A stretch of 64,000 nucleotides of DNA from a virus. Shown in pieces: positions 57,364-64,000 of the stretch. Location: positions 7,433 through 71,432 of the IMG/VR virus record IMGVR_UViG_3300009183_000080, one strand, 5' to 3'. A program made the translations under genes and the position numbers. The notes beneath the pieces were generated by a model, which saw only the letters and a list, made by a program, of their open reading frames with translations, had not been told where the DNA came from and did not search any database. How positions within the stretch are numbered: position 1 is the stretch's first letter; each line of letters begins with the position of its first letter.

Positions 57364-58524
57364 GTGTTTAAATCAAGAGTATTATTACTATGTATTTCAT
57401 TTTTATTGGTTTCTGCTGTTCCATCTCAATCTGCCGTCAAAAAACCAGCATCCAAGTCCACAGTTGCTAAGAAACCTGTTGCTAAGAAACCTGCAATTAA
57501 GACGGCAGTGGTTAAACCAACTCCCACACCATCCCCATCTACAGTCGTAGAAGCACCTAAACCCGTAGTGACAGAACCAACTCCAACTTCTAAACCTGCG
57601 CCAACAGCACCTGCACAACCAATAACTTTTGAAAATCTAGATTTGGTTTGGACAAGCAAAGTTGCTCGTACTGAAATACTAACGGAATTTGCAAAGTTAA
57701 ATAAACCAGAAAATGCTTATGAAATGTTTACTGGACCAACAGTCACTTCAGGAGATATTGTCGAAGAGAAGAGACTTTTAGACATCGCAACGACAATGTT
57801 TTCGAGTTATTATCTTCCAAAGAAATATCAAGTTGTTTACTTTTCAGAACGGGATGCAAATTGGGCTGAAGAAACCAAAACCAAAATTGGCGCTGCATAC
57901 CATACGACTTTTCAAGCAGCGATTGATAGTTACAACCGAGGATATGGATGCAATTTTGCTTTTGCTACAAAAGGTAAAGATTCAATTCCTGTTTACTTTT
58001 CTTGTTTAGATTCTAAAGTGGGTCGTACTACAAATGACAAACAAACTGCAATCCATGAGTATTTTCATTTAGTCCAGGCAAAATATGATTGGAAGAAAAT
58101 GCCCTGCTGGATGCTAGAAGGATCTGCTACATATTTTGGTGCGACTTTAGGAATTGATGGAACTGATCCAACTGGTAAATCCTCATTTGAATTTATTTGG
58201 CAATTAGCCAGAAATCCAGACACACCAAAATTAGTTGAAAATGTCAAAAGTGATGTTGCAATTTTGGATATGTTTAAACTGTTGGACAAAAATATGTTTG
58301 AATTAGGAATGACGTCATGCACTTCTTTAGGGGCTTACACGGTAGGTTCTATTGCAACAGAAGCATTAATTGCAGTTAAAGGTTACAAAACCTATATGGA
58401 TTTTGTGGCAACCTTTCCAAATACTTCAGATTGGAAGACAGAATTCAAAAAGGCTTACGGGTTATCTGCACAGGATTTCTATCTAAAATTGGCACCATAT
58501 TTGCGCTATCGGATTACTGGTTAG
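57364..58524 (+). CDS. Secreted HEXXH zinc metallopeptidase-like protein
   Basis: Signal peptide, Lys/Pro/Thr-rich linker, AIHEYFHLVQ...WMLEGSATY (gluzincin HEXXH...E). Confidence 0.8.
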   Translation: MFKSRVLLLCISFLLVSAVPSQSAVKKPASKSTVAKKPVAKKPAIKTAVVKPTPTPSPSTVVEAPKPVVTEPTPTSKPAPTAPAQPITFENLDLVWTSKVARTEILTEFAKLNKPENAYEMFTGPTVTSGDIVEEKRLLDIATTMFSSYYLPKKYQVVYFSERDANWAEETKTKIGAAYHTTFQAAIDSYNRGYGCNFAFATKGKDSIPVYFSCLDSKVGRTTNDKQTAIHEYFHLVQAKYDWKKMPCWMLEGSATYFGATLGIDGTDPTGKSSFEFIWQLARNPDTPKLVENVKSDVAILDMFKLLDKNMFELGMTSCTSLGAYTVGSIATEALIAVKGYKTYMDFVATFPNTSDWKTEFKKAYGLSAQDFYLKLAPYLRYRITG

Positions 58525-58761
58525 GATTAGCAAATAGTTCGTCTTGGTGCCAATTAGGGTTTGGATTCAATACCGTTTGGCAATCGCAATGCTGACAAAC
58601 CTCTTGTTGAAAAACCTTCAATGCAAAACCATTGTTTTCCATGTTTCTATTATATACCCGAATTTGAAGATTTTCTGAAAAATTTTATATTTGGGAAAAG
58701 TGGTTTTACAGAAATCTGAATATATTTTGCAGATGTACGATACATGTATATGTAAAAAAAT

Positions 58762-58803
58762 AACTAAAAAAATTAGTGAGCACACCGTAAGGATATGCCC
58801 ACC
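58762..58803 (-). terminator. Terminator of the leftward early unit
   Basis: Minus strand GTGGGCATATCC-TTAC-GGTGTGCTCAC followed by TAATTTTTTT. Confidence 0.55.
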
Positions 58804-58887
58804 GTATTTATTTTGCTTACTGTGCGCTAACTCTGCACCGTATCAATTTAACTTAATGCGTAGCGCTATGCACCGTATTTATTTTAT

Positions 58888-59064
58888 TTATTGCGTACCC
58901 TGTACCCACCCATTTAATCCTAATAAATCACAGTCTACCCGTACCCGTGTTGATTTATTTAATCGCTTAGGCAAGTCTTCAACGAATGTCCGCACCTGTG
59001 CTAATTGATCGAATGACATCTTTTTTTCTGTGCCTTGTGTTGTTGTTAGTGTTAGCGTTATCAT
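58888..59064 (-). CDS. Small early hypothetical protein (58 aa)
   Basis: Manual translation MITLTLTTTQGTEKKMSFDQ...RVRVDCDLLGLNGWVQGTQ. Confidence 0.6.
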   Translation of the reverse strand: MITLTLTTTQGTEKKMSFDQLAQVRTFVEDLPKRLNKSTRVRVDCDLLGLNGWVQGTQ

Positions 59065-59184
59065 TTATTTATCCCCTTCGCATTCGCAAGGCATGACCAT
59101 CATGCCTTCGTCACCATAAAACACGAAACCTGCGCTACCGCATGAGTCGCAATCAACCGCTATAACATCTAATAAATTACCCAT
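59065..59184 (-). CDS. Small Cys-containing protein (39 aa)
   Basis: MGNLLDVIAVDCDSCGSAGFVFYGDEGMMVMPCECEGDK; abuts the next ORF. Confidence 0.6.
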   Translation of the reverse strand: MGNLLDVIAVDCDSCGSAGFVFYGDEGMMVMPCECEGDK

Positions 59185-59186
59185 AA

Positions 59187-59399
59187 TTAGAGCCCCTTAT
59201 TCCAGTTATATCTTGACATGATCTCAAGATTTAACGCTGTTTTTTCTATCTCGCTCATTGAGTCAAGGATAGAGCGACTCTTAGAGATATTTTCTCTAAT
59301 GCGTAACTTTTCTGAGTTATCTAATTCATCTCCCCGATATTTTGGAGAGGTACTAGCGTACTCGTTGGTTAATTGTTCTTGATTTGTAAAGTAAGTCAT
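59187..59399 (-). CDS. Small early hypothetical protein
   Basis: 70-aa ORF in a tightly packed leftward unit. Confidence 0.6.
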   Translation of the reverse strand: MTYFTNQEQLTNEYASTSPKYRGDELDNSEKLRIRENISKSRSILDSMSEIEKTALNLEIMSRYNWNKGL

Positions 59400-59525
59400 T
59401 TATTCCACTTCCATTTCTACAATATCGAATGATGTTGAACCGTTGATAAACGCTTCTGCTTTTTCTAATGTTGAAAACAATCCGACTAAATCGTATCCAT
59501 TTTCTACTGCGTATACTTTTGACAT
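59400..59525 (-). CDS. Small early hypothetical protein (41 aa)
   Basis: MSKVYAVENGYDLVGLFSTLEKAEAFI...; RBS GAAAGG; first gene after the leftward promoter. Confidence 0.65.
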   Translation of the reverse strand: MSKVYAVENGYDLVGLFSTLEKAEAFINGSTSFDIVEMEVE

Positions 59526-59573
59526 TTTGAGCCTTTCTAGTTTAGAGAGTTTCTCTAACTTGCTTATACCTGA

Positions 59574-59815
59574 ATTATACACGAACCAACTGACATTCTC
59601 AAATCGAAAATCGGGCGATATCGGACATATTGCAAAAGTGTAATGTACCTCACACAACAAACTAGGGCAAAACGGACACGCCCCCCTGGGCGTTGTGGAT
59701 AACCTGTGTATAACTTGTGTGATGTAACACACGTTGAGAGTTTTTAAAAAATGTCCGATTTGTCTGTATTTAGGTTTACATAATGACTGCAAATGTCAGT
59801 GGTACCTGTTAGACT
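59574..59815. promoter_or_regulatory. Divergent promoter region with DnaA boxes and CRP-like boxes
   Basis: Leftward TGTCAG-N10-TATAAT (59595-59574), rightward TGTCAG-N10-TAGACT (59794-59815), TGTGGATAA 59694, TGTGTATAA 59705, TGTAA-N6-TCACA 59639, TGTGT-N6-ACACA 59716. Confidence 0.75.
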
Positions 59816-59845
59816 TACAATATAACAACAAGAAAGGTGGTTATC

Positions 59846-60016
59846 ATGACTACACTAGTCCTAATGCCCATAAATCGGTACTATTTAACCGATTACACCC
59901 AATTCACCCACTGCGATGAGGTCCAATATCGCCACTATTGCGACAAGCATTTCGAGGCGCAAGGTTGCTATTATTGCGAGTTTGATCCTTATGCGCCTTG
60001 CGAGTGTGATCAGTAA
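59846..60016 (+). CDS. Small Cys/His-rich protein (56 aa)
   Basis: MTTLVLMP...HCDE...CDKH...CYYC...CEC; RBS GAAAGGTGG. Confidence 0.65.
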   Translation: MTTLVLMPINRYYLTDYTQFTHCDEVQYRHYCDKHFEAQGCYYCEFDPYAPCECDQ

Positions 60017-60092
60017 CACATTGAGAGTTGTCCGATATGTCTGATATTTACTTGACATAATCACTGTAAATGTCAGACCCCTATGCTAGACT
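60005..60092 (+). promoter_or_regulatory. Early promoter cassette
   Basis: TGTGA-N6-ACACA, TGTCCGATATGTC, TGTCAG-N10-TAGACT. Confidence 0.7.
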
Positions 60093-60123
60093 TAAACCAT
60101 AACCAAAAAGAAAGGTGGTCAAA

Positions 60124-60303
60124 ATGACTACATTAACAATAAATAAAGTGCATACGCACACACCCTTAGAGAGTGCTATCTCTACTCATAACGAAATTGC
60201 ATACACAATATGCGTTGAGTGTGATCAAAACATTGAGTCATTTTATATTGACTTTGATAATGACCGCTTAGGTCGTTGGAGTAAATGGGAGGTATCAGTA
60301 TGA
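60124..60303 (+). CDS. Small hypothetical protein (HxH, CxxC)
   Basis: RBS GAAAGGTGG; HTH...CVEC...WSKW. Confidence 0.6.
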   Translation: MTTLTINKVHTHTPLESAISTHNEIAYTICVECDQNIESFYIDFDNDRLGRWSKWEVSV

Positions 60304-60539
60304 ACGCTTGGGCACTAATATCTTTCATATCTGCTGGACTGGTTGCGCTTGCTGGCGTGTTAGCCTTTGGCATATTGCTAATGGCTGAGAAATATGGGTG
60401 GGATAATGAATAAATGTTCATCTTGTAATCAAGACACTACACAATTTATAACCGACGATGGCGACTATTATTATCCGATATGCGGTGAGTGTTACTAAAA
60501 CCCTTATATTTCAATGTAACGCACTCGGGCGTGTCGTTA

Positions 60540-60661
60540 CCCCCTGGGCCTTGTGGATAACTTGTGGATAACTTATGTGGGCTATCTCACAAAACTAATT
60601 TAAGAAATGTCCGATTTATCACCATTTTGGATTGGCTATTGTCAGTGGCTTAGGCTAGACT
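60540..60661 (+). promoter_or_regulatory. Early promoter cassette with tandem DnaA boxes
   Basis: CCCCTGGGC, TGTGGATAA x2 (60552, 60563), TGTGG-N6-TCACA (60576), AATGTCCGATTTATC, TGTCAG-N10-TAGACT. Confidence 0.75.
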
Positions 60662-60694
60662 TAGAATATAACAACAACGAAGGGAAAACCTATA

Positions 60695-60883
60695 ATGATG
60701 ACAAGAAAAGACTATGTTAATGTATCGGATATTTTGCGAGCATACCAAGATGAAATACCTCAAACTTTATTCGAGGATTTAATAATGGATTTCGCAGATT
60801 TCTTTCAAGCAGATAACGATAATTTTTCACCAGAGAAATTTGAAAATGCTTGTTACAATTCTACTATGAAAGTTGGTGCGTAA
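60695..60883 (+). CDS. Small hypothetical phage protein
   Basis: MTRKDY...FADFFQADNDNF...KF..AC pattern; first gene after a promoter cassette. Confidence 0.7.
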   Translation: MMTRKDYVNVSDILRAYQDEIPQTLFEDLIMDFADFFQADNDNFSPEKFENACYNSTMKVGA

Positions 60884-61092
60884 TGAGTTACCTTTATTCA
60901 TTCGAAAGAGTTACACCAGAAACTGACGGGTATGGAGATACAATTTTCGATACCCCAGAAGTTGACACAATTCCCGCTGATCTTTATTCTGATTGGACAG
61001 ATGAGGACTTAGCAGAATATGAGGCTTACTATGAGGAACACTATGACGAAACAGAGGAACTACAACAGGAAGCGAGCAACAACAATGAATAA
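60883..61092 (+). CDS. Very acidic small protein
   Basis: MSYLYSFER...DWTDEDLAEYEAYYEEHYDETEE; TAATG coupling. Confidence 0.6.
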   Translation: MSYLYSFERVTPETDGYGDTIFDTPEVDTIPADLYSDWTDEDLAEYEAYYEEHYDETEELQQEASNNNE

Positions 61093-61288
61093 CACTCTAA
61101 CAGTAGAAACCCCTATCGTGTTTAAGCACACAATAAACCTAAACGACTATCCAGAGTTTAATCAATTGAGTGAGGAAAAAATAAAAACTTTCCTTACTGA
61201 AATGGTTGTCGCTGTCTTTGAATTAAAAGAAACAGAAAAGAAAGTCAATAAGTACAACAATGGATCTTATTGTGAGGTGGTTGCGTAA
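61085..61288 (+). CDS. Small hypothetical protein
   Basis: Likely start MNNTLTVE overlapping the upstream gene end. Confidence 0.55.
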   Translation: MNNTLTVETPIVFKHTINLNDYPEFNQLSEEKIKTFLTEMVVAVFELKETEKKVNKYNNGSYCEVVA

Positions 61289-61596
61289 TGGGTAACAATT
61301 TATCTACTGAGTTGGCTAGCGGGGATTTTGATATCCCCCTAGAAACTGCGATCACTATTCAGTTGCGTAATAATCACTATCCGCCAGTACCTCATTCAAT
61401 GGTATCCGTATGCGTTGAAGCCATTACCGCATATAATGACGGACTAACAGAAAAACTAATCGCGTTACCTTGCGATGGATTAGATAGAAACGGCGAGCCA
61501 TTCCAAATTACTTGGAAAGGTGAACGATTTGCGCCAGCAAATGCTATCATTGAAGGAAACCACTTATGGGAATGGGTAATCTATGACAATGACTAA
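61288..61596 (+). CDS. Hypothetical phage protein
   Basis: LRNNHYPPVP...C.EAI...HLWEW; TAATG coupling; RBS GAGGTGG. Confidence 0.7.
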   Translation: MGNNLSTELASGDFDIPLETAITIQLRNNHYPPVPHSMVSVCVEAITAYNDGLTEKLIALPCDGLDRNGEPFQITWKGERFAPANAIIEGNHLWEWVIYDND

Positions 61597-62038
61597 CACA
61601 ATTCAAGAATTAGAAAACCTTATTATCGAATATCGTGGTGATCAGAATGGCGTAAATGCTATTAGAAAATGTATTTCAATAATTAAAAAGAATGAGGGTA
61701 AATAAATGAAAACACTACAAGAAAAGTTAGATGAAGCATCCTTAGCACTAGAGCCAGTGCTTTGGGAAATACTAAAAGAAATTGAGGAAAATTAAAATGA
61801 TAACAAACACCGATCTAATCGCCATAACAATTGCACTTGCAGGATCTTGCTTAGTAATGATTTTGCAATTTAATTATATTAGAAAACAAAAAGATAGTAT
61901 TTATATTTTGCAAACTCTAAACAAAAAACTCATGCATAGAAAATAACAAAAGCCCTTCGGGGCCCAGGGGCCAATGTCCGATTTGTCTAGAATCTCCCAG
62001 GAATTGACTTTGCCTTAACTAAATGATAAAATTATCCT

Positions 62039-62185
62039 ATGACAAAAAAAACAGATGAGGAGTTACGTATCCTAATGGAGTTACGTAGATCTAATGCTGC
62101 CTCATATGTCCCGTCAAAAAAAGTTTACGTACGTAAGAAAAAACACCCCAAATTGTCAGTGCAGGAAGGTATAATAGAACCATGA
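62039..62185 (+). CDS. Small basic protein (48 aa), leaderless
   Basis: MTKKTDEELRILMELRRSNAASYVPSKKVYVRKKKHPK...; ATG 6 nt after TTGACT-N17-TAAAAT; ATGA overlap with the next gene. Confidence 0.6.
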   Translation: MTKKTDEELRILMELRRSNAASYVPSKKVYVRKKKHPKLSVQEGIIEP

Positions 62186-62904
62186 ACCCCAAACTAAAAA
62201 GATCAAACGATAGAAAGGTTGCCAATGCTGTCAGTCCTAATGGTAAGACTGCAACAATTGCTAACACCTTCGGCCTCCCCGCTGGTAAAGCATTCTCATG
62301 TCCAGGAGAAACACCTACCTGCAAAAAAGTCTGCTACGCAGGAAAGTTAGAAAAGATTTACAAGGGAGTAAGAGATAACCTGCTCCACAATTGGGACCTA
62401 TTAAAAGACGCTGATCATGAAACTATGGTTAACCTACTTTCAGAAATGATTGCAGACTTTAAAAAAGATTGCGATAAGCGCAATGCAGAAAAACTATTCC
62501 GCATTCACTGGGACGGTGATTTTTTCAATGATACTTATACACGTGCATGGCGTGATGTTATTGAAAACAACGAGGATGTTCAATTCTGGGTCTATACACG
62601 TGTCGCCTCTGCAACCGTATGGTTAAAAGATATTGCAAACTTATCTTTATATTACTCAACAGACGACGACAACAAGAGTATTGCACAAGGTCTCTCTACT
62701 CAAGGAATAAAACTAGCCTATCTTTCCCAAACCTTTGCACAAGGTAAAGAAGACATGCTTAACCTTATTGGCAAGAGTGGCGTTAAGTGTCCTGAGAACA
62801 ATAAGAAAATTCCACTTATCTCTAAGGCAGGGTCTGCTTGCGTTACTTGCGGACAATGCGTATATGAGAGAAATGATATTCTATTCTCTGCTAGTAAGAA
62901 GTGA
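62182..62904 (+). CDS. GP88-like Fe-S / radical-SAM-like protein
   Basis: FGLPAG...SCPG.T..C...CYA, FRIHWDGDF, FWVYTR, C-terminal CP...CVTCGQC; resembles the mycobacteriophage gene product 88 family. Confidence 0.78.
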   Translation: MNPKLKRSNDRKVANAVSPNGKTATIANTFGLPAGKAFSCPGETPTCKKVCYAGKLEKIYKGVRDNLLHNWDLLKDADHETMVNLLSEMIADFKKDCDKRNAEKLFRIHWDGDFFNDTYTRAWRDVIENNEDVQFWVYTRVASATVWLKDIANLSLYYSTDDDNKSIAQGLSTQGIKLAYLSQTFAQGKEDMLNLIGKSGVKCPENNKKIPLISKAGSACVTCGQCVYERNDILFSASKK

Positions 62905-63125
62905 TTTGACTATCCCCTGCCAAAATGGTAAAATTGAACTGTCCGAAAGGAATATCATATGGAAGTGTTAATTATACTAATTGCCCTAATTGTCCTAGCA
63001 ATATTTGGATTAGGTCATGAGTGAAATGTCCGAATTGTCCTGTGGTGTATCTCACACCGCTAGGATTTGAGTTATAGCCCTAAAAATGCTATACTTGAAG
63101 TATCAACAAACGAAAGGAAGCAAAA

Positions 63126-63278
63126 ATGGGAAACTATCAAATCGGAGATAACTACACAACTCTCAAATCGGGAGTAACTGGCGTTATCAAGGAAATCCAC
63201 CCACAAGCATCTGGCTCGGTGCGTGTTCTGCTTGATGTAAGCGGAAAAGAGCGTTGGACAACTTGGTCTGCTGAATAA
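63126..63278 (+). CDS. Small beta-barrel (SH3/KOW-like) protein (50 aa)
   Basis: MGNYQIGDNYTTLKSGVTGVIKEI...VRVLLDVSGKERWTT; RBS GAAAGGAAG. Confidence 0.6.
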   Translation: MGNYQIGDNYTTLKSGVTGVIKEIHPQASGSVRVLLDVSGKERWTTWSAE

Positions 63279-63287
63279 GCAAATCAA

Positions 63288-63321
63288 ATCTCACCTGAGT
63301 ATGTGAAAGATAAACTGCTCA
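63288..63321 (+). ncRNA. Candidate H-type pseudoknot RNA motif, copy 1
   Basis: UCAC-C-UGAGUA-U-GUGA-AAGAUAAAC-UGCUCA; intergenic. Confidence 0.45.
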
Positions 63322-63343
63322 CCCCTTTAACCCCTAACAGAAA

Positions 63344-63787
63344 GTGAACCCAAATATGTCAAGGTATCAAAAATCAAAACCCATCTCAGTAAAAATCGCA
63401 ACAGCAAAAGTAATTAAAGCGTTAGAGGAAAAACTAACACAATTCAAGAAAGATTACTTAGCACAAGAAGCACTAGAAAAAAAGTTTAATAAAGAACACG
63501 AAGCGTACAAAAAAGAACTTATCGAGTACGCTCTCGCTAATGCTAAGTTAGCACAAAACTTTAGAACAAGTTATCGCAATTACCAAAAATGCTTAAACAT
63601 TGACTTTGATATAACAGTTGATGAGTCAAAACTGCCAAAAGAACCTGTTAGAGATTACACAATTATACACACAAGCGAATACAATGACACAGTATATGAA
63701 ATTGAAAACGCTGTTCGTATTCTCAAAATGACAGATGAGGAAGTTGTTAGCACTAGCACTTACAATGCTATTGCTCGTTATCTGTAA
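63344..63787 (+). CDS. Hypothetical coiled-coil phage protein
   Basis: ISVKIATAKVIKALE...IENAVRILKMTDEEVVSTSTY; the start may be ATG 63356. Confidence 0.7.
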   Translation: MNPNMSRYQKSKPISVKIATAKVIKALEEKLTQFKKDYLAQEALEKKFNKEHEAYKKELIEYALANAKLAQNFRTSYRNYQKCLNIDFDITVDESKLPKEPVRDYTIIHTSEYNDTVYEIENAVRILKMTDEEVVSTSTYNAIARYL

Positions 63788-63875
63788 ATAATCTTGGGGA
63801 GGTAGAATAATTCCATTTTCCTCCACCTCCCCATCTTAAAAATAGACGGGCAAGCAAACGCCCTGATACTACTAA

Positions 63876-63903
63876 CACCCTGAGCAAGGTGAAAAACTGC
63901 TCA
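63876..63903 (+). ncRNA. Candidate H-type pseudoknot RNA motif, copy 2
   Basis: CACC-C-UGAGCA-A-GGUG-AAAAAC-UGCUCA; intergenic. Confidence 0.45.
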
Positions 63904-63914
63904 CTTAATTTTCA

Positions 63915-63996
63915 CCCCTGGGCCGATGTGATCTTGCTCACAATGTCCGATATGTCTTATTTAAGATTGGCTATTGTCAGCCCTATCTGCTAAGAT
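63915..63996 (+). promoter_or_regulatory. Early promoter cassette with a perfect CRP-type box
   Basis: CCCCTGGGCC, TGTGA-TCTTGC-TCACA (63927-63942), AATGTCCGATATGTC, TGTCAG-N10-TAAGAT. Confidence 0.72.
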
Positions 63997-64000
63997 TAGA

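Noticed and set aside
58783-58885. Possible mini-CRISPR array
   Set aside because: Repeats are only 7-15 bp with ~20-bp related spacers and there are no cas genes; kept only as an unexplained repeat.
58691-59008. 105-aa plus-strand ORF; also the 130-aa extension of 59400..59792 and 59734..59919
   Set aside because: They overlap better-supported small ORFs, the terminator or the promoter cassette, and lack an RBS.
63288-63903. Hammerhead ribozyme or preQ1 riboswitch call for the CUGAG...AAAC motif
   Set aside because: The CUGANGA/GAAA core with three stems and the preQ1 loop consensus are not met; left unassigned.
1-64000. Alternative genetic code / stop-codon reassignment
   Set aside because: Core genes are full length in the standard code, TAA, TAG and TGA are all used as stops, and no suppressor tRNA is seen.

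Overview
The window is a 64-kb segment of a large, AT-rich tailed phage, probably a siphovirus. It is most consistent with a lytic phage of low-GC freshwater Actinobacteria; this is inferred from leaderless genes, a GP88-like gene and a gene order resembling large Streptomyces/Rhodococcus phages. From 1 to about 56.3 kb almost everything is on the minus strand. Read left to right: DNA replication genes (DnaE, SSB, primase, DnaB) with an inserted flavin-dependent halogenase and AhpD-like gene; tail genes including a 3724-aa tape measure protein; neck, capsid, protease and portal; a class II ribonucleotide reductase; 2OG-Fe(II) oxygenases; and a long block of fibre/decoration genes. From 56.3 kb there are a DHH-like gene, tRNA-Asn, a secreted HEXXH peptidase and an early-type region of tiny ORFs. 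Main observations: (1) the tape measure protein carries kinase-like and ADP-ribosyltransferase-like cargo domains bracketed by five copies of one short motif; (2) an FN3 / (F,G,A,P)-repeat / Ser-type Hint protein and a Cys/Gly-rich protein each sit upstream of 2OG-Fe(II) oxygenase genes, suggesting virion-protein tailoring; (3) the early region has a repeated regulatory cassette of tandem DnaA boxes, CRP-like TGTGA-N6-TCACA boxes, a TGTCCGA motif and TGTCAG-N10-TAnnnT promoters; (4) a small H-type pseudoknot occurs twice with compensatory changes. All family assignments are by motif recognition only; no searches were run.
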